Below, in pieces: positions 1 through 10,552 of a DNA stretch of 64,000 bases. Source of the DNA: Dehalococcoidia bacterium (GTDB lineage Bacteria > Chloroflexota > Dehalococcoidia > Bin125); contig OZ244908.1 of the NCBI GenBank assembly GCA_965221705.1, positions 1,011,564-1,075,563 on the forward strand, read 5' to 3'. Each line of letters starts with the position of its first letter. Positions within the stretch are counted from its first letter, which is position 1. The notes below the pieces were generated by a model. The model was not told where the DNA came from. It made no database searches and was given only the letters and a program-made list of their open reading frames with translations. The position numbers and the translations under genes were made by a program.

Positions 1-1077
1 GTCGCGCGCCAGCTGCTCAGCCTCAGCGGACAGCGCCTCGCCGTCGGCCGACGCTCGTTCGAGACGATCGGCCTCCTCACTCGCTGTTACGCCGTAGGCG
101 ATGACCTCGGCGACGGTGTCGCCCCAGCGTCGTTTCATCTCGCCGATCAGCGCGATTCTCGACTCAACATCTTCGAGTCTTGCCGGCTCGAGCTCGATCG
201 AGTCGACGTAGCCACGCAGATCGCGGACAGCCTCGGCGACCTGTTCAGCGGCCTGCTCGAGCAGGTCGGCGATCGACATCGCTGATCGATCAATCTCCGC
301 GACTCGGCGCATCGCCTCGAGCGCGGTGTCGAGCGCGTCGTCGTCGAGCGCCTCAAGCGCGTCATTGGCGCCTGAGGCGAGGGTCTGCGCGTTGACCAGT
401 CGACGGTGCTGCGACTGCAGCGTCGCTTCTTCATCGGGCTGGAGGCCTGCGGCCGCGATCTCCGAGGCTTCATGTCGCAGCAGCGCGATCCGACGGGTCC
501 GCTCGCGCTCATGGTCCGTCAGTTCCTCAAGCTGTCGATCGACCATGCGCAGCCGTCGCACCATGGCTGAGACGGCGTCCCGCAAGTGCTCGACTCCGGC
601 GTAGCGGTCAAGTAACGCCAGCTGCTCGGATGGGCGCAGCAACGAGAGGTGCTCGCGTTGCCCGTGAATGTCGGCCAGGATTGGCGCCAGATCTCGTAAT
701 GCGCCAACGGTCGCCGCGCGATCGTTCAGTCGCAGGCGGCCGCCGAGTCGATTCGAGCCATCTCGCGGTCGAGTCAGACTGCGCCTGATGATCAATTCGC
801 CGTCGAAGGGCACGTCGGCGTCGGAGAGCGACCGCGCGACCGGCCCGTAGGCCTCGCTGTCACGCAGGTCGTAGATGGCTTCCACTTCAGCGGTGTCGGC
901 GCCGGGTCGGATCAGTTCGACGTCAGCCGTTGAGCCGAGCGCGAACGTGAGGGCCTGAATCAGGACGCTCTTGCCTGCGCCGGTTTCGCCAGTGATGACG
1001 TTGAATCCGGTCTCCAGCTCCAGATCGACGCGTTCGGCGAGGGCGACATTGCGGAGATGCAGAGCGGTGAGCACCAT
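1..1077 (-). CDS. recN: DNA repair protein RecN, N-terminal part; the gene runs off the window start
   Basis: I translated the minus strand by hand from the ATG at 1077 and obtained MVLTALHLRNVALAERVDLELETGFNVITGETGAGKSVL..., a typical RecN N-terminus with the SMC-like Walker A motif. The conserved tlyA-nadK-recN order supports it. The supplied ORF track breaks this region into spurious fragments. Confidence 0.85.
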   Translation of the reverse strand, partial: MVLTALHLRNVALAERVDLELETGFNVITGETGAGKSVLIQALTFALGSTADVELIRPGADTAEVEAIYDLRDSEAYGPVARSLSDADVPFDGELIIRRSLTRPRDGSNRLGGRLRLNDRAATVGALRDLAPILADIHGQREHLSLLRPSEQLALLDRYAGVEHLRDAVSAMVRRLRMVDRQLEELTDHERERTRRIALLRHEASEIAAAGLQPDEEATLQSQHRRLVNAQTLASGANDALEALDDDALDTALEAMRRVAEIDRSAMSIADLLEQAAEQVAEAVRDLRGYVDSIELEPARLEDVESRIALIGEMKRRWGDTVAEVIAYGVTASEEADRLERASADGEALSAEAEQLARD

Positions 1078-1179
1078 TGGCGCCCTTCACAGGCGGGATC
1101 AGGATGCATGCAGTCAAATCATTGACCGTATGTTCACTATATCGGAACTGCCGCGACAATTGGCTGACTGAACATCCGG

Positions 1180-2088
1180 TTATGACGGCTCTGCCGTGTT
1201 GGCGTCAAACGCTTCAACGCCGGTGCGGGCGACCGCGTCGAGCCGGCGCTCGTCGATCCAGGCGAGGCGGTGTCCGAGTTGCGCGAAGAATGGCTGTTCG
1301 TTGAATCGGACCAGTCGCGCCAGAGAGTCGCTGCGCCTGACCTGCACGCCGCCGCCCGGCTGGAGCGGATACGGCCGCTGTCCGTCGACGGACAACGCGC
1401 CCGGGTGCTCACGTCCCAGCCGCAAAACGATCACGGCGTCGGAGGGCAGCACGATCGGCGACGCTTGCGCCAAGTGCGGCGCGACGGGCGTTAGCACGAC
1501 GCTGCGCGCTCGAGGATGCAGTATCGGTCCGCCGGCCGACAATGAGTAGCCGGTGCTGCCAGTCGCGGAGGCGACGACCACGGCGTCGGCGCGCACGACG
1601 CCGACCAGGTCGCCGCTGACCCAGACGGCGATGTACGCCGGTTGGCCGAGACTGCCGCGACCGATCATGACGTCGTTGAGCGCGGGCAGCACGTCGGGCA
1701 CGGCGCCGTCTACGCCGATCGCGCGAGCTTCCAGCATCGTGCGGTCCTCAACGAGGAACTCGCCGCGCAATAGCGGATCGATGTGTTCCTCGAGGTTGTC
1801 GGGCGTGAGCTCGGTCAGAAACGCCTGTCGTCCAAGGTCGACGCCCAGAATCAGGCTGCCGTATCCGACGCAGGCGCGCGCAGCGCGAAGGATCGTGCCG
1901 TCGCCGCCGAGGCAGATGAGCAGGTCGGTCTCAGGTAGACGATCGGTCGCTCGGTCGGGATCCCAGGGCATTGAGGTCCAAGTGTCGCGACCGAGACGGC
2001 GCAGCTGACCTGAGAGCGTGTCGGCCATCTCTCGCGCCTCGTCGAGTCGCGGGTGATAGTAAATGCCGACGCAGTTGATCTCGTTCAC
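1180..2088 (-). CDS. nadK: NAD(+) kinase
   Basis: Contains the GGDGT motif and the NAD kinase fold sequence. The likely start is the GTG at 2088, which overlaps the tlyA stop as GTGA and gives [13 protein letters not shown]...; the longer ORF to 2169 would overlap tlyA by 85 nt. Confidence 0.85.
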   Translation of the reverse strand: MNEINCVGIYYHPRLDEAREMADTLSGQLRRLGRDTWTSMPWDPDRATDRLPETDLLICLGGDGTILRAARACVGYGSLILGVDLGRQAFLTELTPDNLEEHIDPLLRGEFLVEDRTMLEARAIGVDGAVPDVLPALNDVMIGRGSLGQPAYIAVWVSGDLVGVVRADAVVVASATGSTGYSLSAGGPILHPRARSVVLTPVAPHLAQASPIVLPSDAVIVLRLGREHPGALSVDGQRPYPLQPGGGVQVRRSDSLARLVRFNEQPFFAQLGHRLAWIDERRLDAVARTGVEAFDANTAEPS

Positions 2089-2854
2089 GGCGTTCGCAAC
2101 CAGACGAACCACTCGCGATTGCCGGCCGGGCCGACCAGTGGTGATTTGAGCACACCGCCGACGCGCCAACCTTGTTCGAGCGCCCAGCCCAACACCTGGC
2201 TGACGGCGCGACCCTGCACGAGGCGATCTCGCGCGACGCCGCGTTCGTCGACATCCTCGCGCGGCGCTTCGAACTGCGGCTTGACCAGCGCGATCACGTC
2301 GCTCTGCGGCTGGACGACCGCGGCGACGCAGGGCAACGCCTGTCGCAAGCCGATGAATGAGACGTCGACAACCGTCAGGGTTGTTAGAGCGAGGCCGTCT
2401 TGCAGCTCACGTTGTGTGTCGAGGTCGCAGATGTGCGTTCGCTCGAGCGAGCTAACGCGGGGATCGCGACGCAGCTCTTCGGCGAGCTGTCCGTAGCCCA
2501 CATCGACCGCGTAGACGTGACTGGCGCCGCGCCGCAATAGGACATCTGAGAATCCTCCGGCGGCTGCGCCGACATCGAGGCAGGCGCGGTCCCGCGTTGG
2601 GATATCCCAGGCGTCAAGCGCCGCGACCAGTTTCTCCCCGCCGCGCGATGCGTACGGTCGCGTTTCGCGGACACTGAGCGCGGTGTCACTGGCGACCTGC
2701 TGACCGGCTTGGACGTAGCGTCGACCGTCGCCGTGGACTCGTCCCGCCAAGATCAATGCGCGCGCGGCGCCGAGATCGGGGGCGTCTCCGCGCTGCACCA
2801 GGAGGTCGTCGACTCGCACTCGGCGCGGCGTCTCGACGGCCGAAGCGCGAGACA

Positions 2855-2858
<4 letters not shown>
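2085..2858 (-). CDS. tlyA: TlyA-family rRNA 2'-O-methyltransferase (hemolysin A-like) with S4 RNA-binding and FtsJ domains
   Basis: S4-like N-terminus ([11 protein letters not shown]) followed by the [17 protein letters not shown]-binding motif. It lies in the conserved tlyA-ppnK-recN neighbourhood. Confidence 0.85.
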
Positions 2859-4177
<1,319 letters not shown>

Positions 4178-4256
4178 CAGCTCAGGCCTCTCTGCGGTGT
4201 CGGGCCACCGATGTGCGGACGCTGGTCAGCGCGGACATCGACTGTCCGCACTGATG

Positions 4257-4913
4257 TTAGGCTCCTGCGGCTGCGGCTGCATCACCGGCAGCGTCGCTCT
4301 CGAGGACGGAATCGACCAGGCCGTACTCCTGCGCCTGTTCGGCGTCGAGGTAGAAGTCACGGTCGGTGTCGGCGGCGATGCGGTCCAGCGGCTGGCCGGT
4401 GTGCTTGGCCAGGATGCCGCGAATGGTTTCGTTGTTGCGCAAGATCTCGCGCGCGGCGATCTCGATGTCGGACGCCTGTCCGCGCGCGCCGCCGAGCGCC
4501 TGATGCATGTGAATCGTCGCGTGCGGCAGAGCGAAGCGCTTGCCGGCGGCGCCAGCCGAGAGCAGCACCGTGCCCATGGAGGCCGACATGCCGACGCAGA
4601 TCGTGGAGACGTCTGCTTTGATCAGCTGCATGGTGTCGTAGATCGCGAGACCGGCCGTGATCACGCCGCCGGGCGAGTTGACGTAGAGCTGAATGTCGCG
4701 GTCTGGATCCTCGCGATCGAGGTAGAGCAGCTGCGCCACGATCACGTTGGCGATCTGGTCATCGATCGCCGTGCCGAGAAAGATGATGCGCTCGCGCAGC
4801 AGCAGCGAGTAGATGTCGTATGCGCGTTCGCCGCGGTTGGTCGTTTCGACCACCATCGGGATGATGTCGCTGGGACGAGTGAGCGTCGGGCTCACGGAGT
4901 TGCTCAGGGTCAT
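4257..4913 (-). CDS. clpP: ATP-dependent Clp protease proteolytic subunit ClpP
   Basis: Typical ClpP sequence ([37 protein letters not shown] catalytic serine). The exact start is uncertain. Confidence 0.95.
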   Translation of the reverse strand: MTLSNSVSPTLTRPSDIIPMVVETTNRGERAYDIYSLLLRERIIFLGTAIDDQIANVIVAQLLYLDREDPDRDIQLYVNSPGGVITAGLAIYDTMQLIKADVSTICVGMSASMGTVLLSAGAAGKRFALPHATIHMHQALGGARGQASDIEIAAREILRNNETIRGILAKHTGQPLDRIAADTDRDFYLDAEQAQEYGLVDSVLESDAAGDAAAAAGA

Positions 4914-5015
4914 GAAACCCTCCTTCGCGGATTAAGTGTAGACACGATTCCTGAACGCGCGATTGACCAGCGGACAGAGCCGCAGCGCGCCGTCGCGTCA
5001 GGTCGAAGATCGGGG

Positions 5016-6434
5016 CTAGTCATCGGAAACTGAGGACTCGTCGCCGGAGTCATCGCCGTCGTCGGCGTCGTCGGTGGCTTCTTCGTCAAGCTCGTCGACC
5101 GCGTCTTCGACGGTTCCATCGTCGTCGCCGTCTTCATCTTCGTCGGAGTCGCCGGCGGCGTGATTGGTCAGCGCAATCTGTTGCAGACGCTCCATCGTGC
5201 GTTCGCGAACGAGCCGCGCTTCGACGTTGGCGCGCAACGACTCGTCCTGGAGCAGGTCCTGGACGCGTTCGGGGTCTTGATCGGGCGACATCTGCAGCAT
5301 CTGTTGGATGTCGGCGGTGATTTCCTCATCGAGCACTTCGATGCTCTCGGCTTCGCCGATGTGCTGCAGGACGAGGGTGTTGATCACTCGCTCGTTGGCC
5401 TGAGTGCGGAAGTTGGCCAAGAGGCCCTGGGTCGACTCGTTGTCGTCGCGCAGGAAGGTGGCCGGATCCTGACCCATCTGGCGGGCGAAATCCTGACGCA
5501 TGTGCTCGATCTCGTGGTCGACCAGGGCCGGCGGATACTCGAGCGTGGCGCGTTCGATGGCGGCCTGCAGGACGGCAGTGCTGAAGGCGGCGTCGGCCTG
5601 ACGATCCATCTCGTCGCGCAGATTGGTCTCCAGCCGTTCGCGAAGCTCAGCGTAGGTCTCGAACTCTTCTGACACCTCCATCGCGAAGTCATCGTCAGGC
5701 TCGGGCAGCTCCTCGGCCTTGACGTCGTGGACCGTGACGGTGAAGGTGACCGTCTTGCCCGCGACCTCTTCGTCGTCCCAGTCCTCATCGACGTCGATGT
5801 CGATCTGGTGTTCCTCGCCGACGGCGACGCCGACGAGGCGCTCGCAGAGTCCGGGCACGCCGACGACGGCGCCCTCGCGCAGATGGAACTCGGCGCCGGG
5901 TTGGTCGAGGATCTCCTCGCCGTCGACTTCCGCCTTGACGTCGGCGGTGACGCGGTCGTCGAGCTCGGGCGCGCGCTCGACCGGCTCGAGCACGGCGTGC
6001 TGTCGACGCAGCTGCAGAATGCGTTCCTCAAGCAGCTCCTCGGAGTACTCGCTGTCGGGCTTGGCTACGGCGATCTCGCGGTACTCGCCCAGCTCGACCT
6101 CGGGCGGCAGCGGGATCGTGGCGGTGAAGGTGACCGGCTCGCGCTCGGTGACTTCGACGCTCGGTTGAGCGACCGGCTCCAGGCCTTCCTGTTCCAACGC
6201 TTCGGACAGCGCCTGCGGGATCAGTCGATCGGCCGCCTCCTCGAAGACGGCGTCGGCGCCGAGCGCGCTTTCGACGACGCGGCGGGGCGCTTTGCCCTGT
6301 CGGAAGCCGGGGATGCGGAATCGTTGCGAGAGGCGTCGCGCGGCCTGGTCGAGCGACTTCTTGACGCGCGCGTCGTCGAGCTCGACTTCGAGCCGCATCT
6401 GGGCCTCGGGGATGCGTTCAGCGGTAACTTTCAT
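5016..6434 (-). CDS. tig: Trigger factor (ribosome-associated chaperone / PPIase) with a roughly 40-aa hyper-acidic C-terminal tail
   Basis: The MKVTAERIPEAQMRLEVEL...FRIPGFRQGKAPRRVVE N-terminus is canonical trigger factor. The ORF extends to 6455 but the MKV start at 6434 is more likely. The C-terminus is DEDEDGDDDGTVEDAVDELDEEATDDADDGDDSGDESSVSDD. Confidence 0.9.
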   Translation of the reverse strand: MKVTAERIPEAQMRLEVELDDARVKKSLDQAARRLSQRFRIPGFRQGKAPRRVVESALGADAVFEEAADRLIPQALSEALEQEGLEPVAQPSVEVTEREPVTFTATIPLPPEVELGEYREIAVAKPDSEYSEELLEERILQLRRQHAVLEPVERAPELDDRVTADVKAEVDGEEILDQPGAEFHLREGAVVGVPGLCERLVGVAVGEEHQIDIDVDEDWDDEEVAGKTVTFTVTVHDVKAEELPEPDDDFAMEVSEEFETYAELRERLETNLRDEMDRQADAAFSTAVLQAAIERATLEYPPALVDHEIEHMRQDFARQMGQDPATFLRDDNESTQGLLANFRTQANERVINTLVLQHIGEAESIEVLDEEITADIQQMLQMSPDQDPERVQDLLQDESLRANVEARLVRERTMERLQQIALTNHAAGDSDEDEDGDDDGTVEDAVDELDEEATDDADDGDDSGDESSVSDD

Positions 6435-6496
6435 CAGTCCACCTTCATCGCCCACCTCGATGGCGTGGCTGCGCTCGAGGATATCAGCGGACGGCG

Positions 6497-7663
6497 TTAC
6501 CGCCCGCGCGGATTGAGGACGTCGTTGATCGCGTCTCCGAGGAGGTTAAACGCGAGCATGAGGACCAACAGGAAGAGCCAGGGGACCGTGAGCAGCCAGG
6601 GATAGAGGAGGAAGGTCGAGCGGCCGCCGGCATTTTCTACCAAGACGCCGAAGGACGGTGTTGGCGGCGTGATGCCAATGCCGAGCCAGGTAAGCACGAC
6701 CTCGGCGCCGGCGATCTCTCCCAATGACGCGCTGAACCCAACGACGAACCAGGGAAGGATGCCCGGAAACAGATGACGAATCAGCACGCGGGGCGTGCGC
6801 GCGCCGATCGTCTCAGCGGCGAGGATGTAGTCAGACTCGCGCAACGCCAGCACTTGCGCGCGATAGAATCGCGCCGATCCGGCCCAACCGACGAGAGAAG
6901 TGGCAAAGACGATCAGAATGTAGTCATCCACACCCTGTTCTATCAGCCAATCTTGTCCCGTGAAGGCCTCGATCGATCGAAACCATACCTCCCATGGTTC
7001 GCGAAATGCGGCGACCACCACAATCAGGAACAGCAAGCCGGGCATGGCCAACATGACATCCGCCAAGCGCATGATTAGTTGATCGACCAGTCCGCCTCGA
7101 TATCCAGCGAGGAGGCCAAATCCCAAGCCAAGAAACAGGTTGCCGAACACAACAGAGATCACGCTGATGATCAGGGTCGTGCGCAGCGAGTACATTGCGC
7201 GCGCGAACGAGTCGCGCCCATTGCGATCGGTGCCCAACCAGTGACGTGTCGAGGGCGGTTCAAGCGACTCATCGCCGCTAAGGACCAACTCGGTGCGGGC
7301 GGGCAACAGCGTGTCTGCCGTCAGCGGCCCGTATTCCTCAACAACTTCAGGGTTCAACTCTGTGAGCGTCGCGAGCCCTACATCCAGGCGCTGAGCAAAC
7401 GCGCCCAATGTCTCTGGTTGGCCATCTACGTCGCGGATCGATCGACGCTCGCTGAGATTGGTCTCAGTGGGATCCTGCAGCCCGATGTCGATGCCGAACG
7501 CGTCGAGCATGGTGTATGCGCCAGCGCCGTAGAGCACCACAATCACAGCAATACAGACCACTGCGACGCGCTTGCGCAGAATCGCGCGCGTGGCGCGCAG
7601 CCAGGGCGACTCGGAACGATCAGGGATCGCCCATAGCGGCTGATCCTGCGCGCGAGTCGTCAT
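6497..7663 (-). CDS. Peptide/nickel ABC transporter permease (DppC/OppC-like) with a long N-terminal extension
   Basis: Binding-protein-dependent transport inner-membrane component signature, multiple transmembrane helices, and adjacency to a DppB-like permease and a family-5 solute-binding protein. Confidence 0.8.
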   Translation of the reverse strand: MTTRAQDQPLWAIPDRSESPWLRATRAILRKRVAVVCIAVIVVLYGAGAYTMLDAFGIDIGLQDPTETNLSERRSIRDVDGQPETLGAFAQRLDVGLATLTELNPEVVEEYGPLTADTLLPARTELVLSGDESLEPPSTRHWLGTDRNGRDSFARAMYSLRTTLIISVISVVFGNLFLGLGFGLLAGYRGGLVDQLIMRLADVMLAMPGLLFLIVVVAAFREPWEVWFRSIEAFTGQDWLIEQGVDDYILIVFATSLVGWAGSARFYRAQVLALRESDYILAAETIGARTPRVLIRHLFPGILPWFVVGFSASLGEIAGAEVVLTWLGIGITPPTPSFGVLVENAGGRSTFLLYPWLLTVPWLFLLVLMLAFNLLGDAINDVLNPRGR

Positions 7664-8646
7664 GTGAATCGCGCCGTGTAGCGAATGCGAGGATCGATGA
7701 AGATGTACAACGCGTCGATTACGGCGTTGACGACGATGAACAACGTCGCCGTCAGTAGCGTGAAGCCGAGTATGACATTGAAGTCACGCTGCGTAATCGA
7801 CTGAAACACGAACTGTCCGACGCCCGGAACCCCGTATATTGTTTCAACGATGATCGATCCCGTGACAATGCCGACGATGGACAGTCCAAACACTGTTGAC
7901 AGTGGAAGCATTGCGTTGCGCAGGACATGACCGTAGAGAATGCGTCGTTCAGTCAGCCCTTTGGCTCGCGCGGTTCGCACGTAGTCGTCATCAATCGTTG
8001 AGAGGGCGCTCACGCGAACGAATCGGGCCATGCCGCCCAGCGAGGGCAACGTGAGGCACAAGACCGGCACAAGGAACGAGGCTGGGTCGCCGGGCGTCCA
8101 TACATTGGGGACGTTGAAGCCGAAGAATCTGAACACGTCATCAATGCCGTGAACCAACAGGACGATCATCAAGATGGTAAAGATCGGTGAGGGGATCGAA
8201 TCGAAGACTTTGAGGGACCCAATGAGTGTTGGATCTTGCCAGCGTCCGCGATGCACGGCGGCGAACACGCCCATAGGGATGCCGAGGCCGAAGACGATTG
8301 CCATCGCGATCAGATTGATCTGCGCCGATACCCAGATGCGCTCGCCGAGCAACTCCTGCACGGAGCGAACAGGCGACCGGTAGTAGTACGACGGTCCCAG
8401 GTCTCCGCGCGAGACGACGCCCCACACGTAGCGACTGAATCGCTCGATGTAGTTGCCCTCGAGTCCAAACTCTTCGCGAATCTCTTGCGCTCTCTGGGGA
8501 TCTATGTCGCGGGCGCCGGCGATGATCTTGACCGGATCGCCCGGCGCGGCGTGCGTCAGAGCGTATGTCAGCGCCATCACGGCGAAGACGAGCAGGGGGA
8601 CCAGCAGCAGTCGCCTCACCAAAAGCGGGATTGCGCCAGAGCCCAT
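7660..8646 (-). CDS. Peptide/nickel ABC transporter permease (DppB/OppB-like)
   Basis: OppB/DppB-like sequence with six predicted transmembrane segments. Overlaps the downstream permease by 4 nt. Confidence 0.8.
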   Translation of the reverse strand: MGSGAIPLLVRRLLLVPLLVFAVMALTYALTHAAPGDPVKIIAGARDIDPQRAQEIREEFGLEGNYIERFSRYVWGVVSRGDLGPSYYYRSPVRSVQELLGERIWVSAQINLIAMAIVFGLGIPMGVFAAVHRGRWQDPTLIGSLKVFDSIPSPIFTILMIVLLVHGIDDVFRFFGFNVPNVWTPGDPASFLVPVLCLTLPSLGGMARFVRVSALSTIDDDYVRTARAKGLTERRILYGHVLRNAMLPLSTVFGLSIVGIVTGSIIVETIYGVPGVGQFVFQSITQRDFNVILGFTLLTATLFIVVNAVIDALYIFIDPRIRYTARFT

Positions 8647-8682
8647 ATTCCGCCCTTTCGGGCGCCACCGCAGCGGTCGCGG

Positions 8683-10470
8683 CTACTCCTCGATGCTGAC
8701 GAAGCGGAGGTGCGGAATCACCATGCGGGTGGGCTCGTAGCCGCTCACGTATGGCTTGACCACCTCGTGCGCGACCGAGTAGTAGAGCGGAATCCAGACG
8801 GCGTCCTCGACCAAGGCGCGATCGACCTGTTGGTAGATGTTCGTGCGCAGTTCAGAGTCTTGCGAGTAGCGCGCCTGCTCGAGCAGTTCGTCAATCTCGT
8901 CGTCGGCCAACTGGACGTCGTTACCGAGTGAGGCGCTGTGGAACTTGTAGTCGAGCACGTTGTGCGGGTCGGGATAGTCGAGGCTCCAACCGAGCGAGAA
9001 GAATCCGTACAGTCCGCGGTCGATGTCAGAGATGAAGCTGGCGAACTCGACTTGTTGGATCTCGACCTCCAGGCCCAGATGCTGCCGCCACATGTCCTGG
9101 ATCGCCTCAATGCTGGGTCCCGGCGTCGCGCCGGCGCCGGAGATGGTCAAGCGGATTTCGTCCACCAACGTGGTGCCGGCGTACCGCGACGCGGCCAGGT
9201 AGTCCTGGGCCAGTTCGGGATCGAAGACGAGGCCGGGATAGTCAGCGTCGTGCGCGGCGAGACCCGGCGGAATGATCTGACGCGCCTGGACGAGCAGGTC
9301 GGCCTGCACTTCTTGCGTGATTGTGGTCTTGTCGATCGCGTGCGCCAGGGCGAGTCGCAGGTTGACATCGTCAAACGGCGGCGTCGCGACGTTGAAGGCG
9401 AGGTAGAAGATCGAGAGCTCGGAGCGGCTCACATATTGCGAGTTGAGATCGGACGCCGGGTCGCGCACGCGCTCGATCTCATTGATGCCAACGAACGCCT
9501 GATCCAGTTCGTCGTTTTCGAACTGTTCGATCGAACCGCCGGCGAAGCGGACTGAGACACGCTCGACCTTGGCCGGTTCGAGGTGGTAGTCGTCAAACCG
9601 CTCGAGTGTGAGGCCCTCGCCCAGCTGCCAATCGGTCAGACGGAATGGTCCGCTGCCGTTGGGCACGAGCGCCCAGCGCTCGGGATCGGCTTCGACCTGC
9701 TCGCGGTCGAGCACGTAGGCGGTGGGGTAGGTCAGCTTGTAGAGAAACACCTCTGTTGGGCGAGCGATGGTGAGGTCGAGCGTTTGCTCATCGATCACCT
9801 GGATGCCGACGACTTCGTCGGCGCGTCCGCGGACGAATTCCGCGGCGCCGACGATGTCGCCGAGGAAGTCAGGCGCAGTCGGCGAGAGCGTCTCCGGGTC
9901 GAGATTGCGCTCGAGGCTCCACTTGAAGTCCTCGGCGGTGATTCGCCTGCCATCATGGAAGGTGGCGTTGTCGCGAATCGTGAATCGATACGTGACGGTG
10001 CCGTCGTCATTGTTGGTCGGCGACGGAACTGCCTCCGCCAGGTCGGGCGCGATGCGCAGGTCACGATCAAGAACGAGCAGGCCGCCGAAGATCTCGACTG
10101 CGATCACAGCTGACGTGACGTCGGTGATCTGGGCCGGATCGAGGTTGATCGGCTCGCCGCGGGCGATGCGGAACTCGCCGCGGGCACGAGCAGCGGAGGA
10201 ACCGCCGGATGACGCCTGCTCAGTCGCCGCCTGGTTCTGTTGCTGGTCAACGGTTGACTGGCGATCTTGGCGCGACTGTCCGTCGTCCTGTTGAGGTTGC
10301 TCCGACGAGTCGCGATCGACCCTCGACGCGTTCTGCTGTGACTGGTCGTCTTGACTCTGCTGGGCGTCATCGCCGCTGCAGGCGGCGAGCGCCAGTGTGA
10401 GCGCCACGATCCCGCCGACCAACCAGATCCGCCCATACTTCGCCAGCCGCATCATGCGCATCGCACGCAT
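8683..10470 (-). CDS. ABC transporter substrate-binding lipoprotein (family 5, peptide/nickel) with a Q/D/S-rich low-complexity linker
   Basis: Family-5 solute-binding domain, a lipoprotein signal peptide with lipobox LALAAC, then about 80 aa of Q/D/S-rich linker. The ORF runs to 10587 but that would overlap aspS, so the internal start MRAMRMMRLAKYG at about 10470 is preferred. Confidence 0.8.
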   Translation of the reverse strand: MRAMRMMRLAKYGRIWLVGGIVALTLALAACSGDDAQQSQDDQSQQNASRVDRDSSEQPQQDDGQSRQDRQSTVDQQQNQAATEQASSGGSSAARARGEFRIARGEPINLDPAQITDVTSAVIAVEIFGGLLVLDRDLRIAPDLAEAVPSPTNNDDGTVTYRFTIRDNATFHDGRRITAEDFKWSLERNLDPETLSPTAPDFLGDIVGAAEFVRGRADEVVGIQVIDEQTLDLTIARPTEVFLYKLTYPTAYVLDREQVEADPERWALVPNGSGPFRLTDWQLGEGLTLERFDDYHLEPAKVERVSVRFAGGSIEQFENDELDQAFVGINEIERVRDPASDLNSQYVSRSELSIFYLAFNVATPPFDDVNLRLALAHAIDKTTITQEVQADLLVQARQIIPPGLAAHDADYPGLVFDPELAQDYLAASRYAGTTLVDEIRLTISGAGATPGPSIEAIQDMWRQHLGLEVEIQQVEFASFISDIDRGLYGFFSLGWSLDYPDPHNVLDYKFHSASLGNDVQLADDEIDELLEQARYSQDSELRTNIYQQVDRALVEDAVWIPLYYSVAHEVVKPYVSGYEPTRMVIPHLRFVSIEE

Positions 10471-10552
10471 CGGTTCAGCACGTCGCACGCCGGCGTCCCT
10501 CAACTTCCCAAACGCGGCCGACCGCCAGGGCCTCGCTTCTGAAGACAGATTA

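Noticed and set aside
147-1159. Several short ORFs in the supplied track (147..512 -, 180..395 +, 326..604 +, 923..1159 -) at the window start
   Set aside because: Translating the minus strand from the ATG at 1077 by hand gives a continuous, clearly RecN-like protein running through this whole region. The track ORFs are out-of-frame or antisense fragments.
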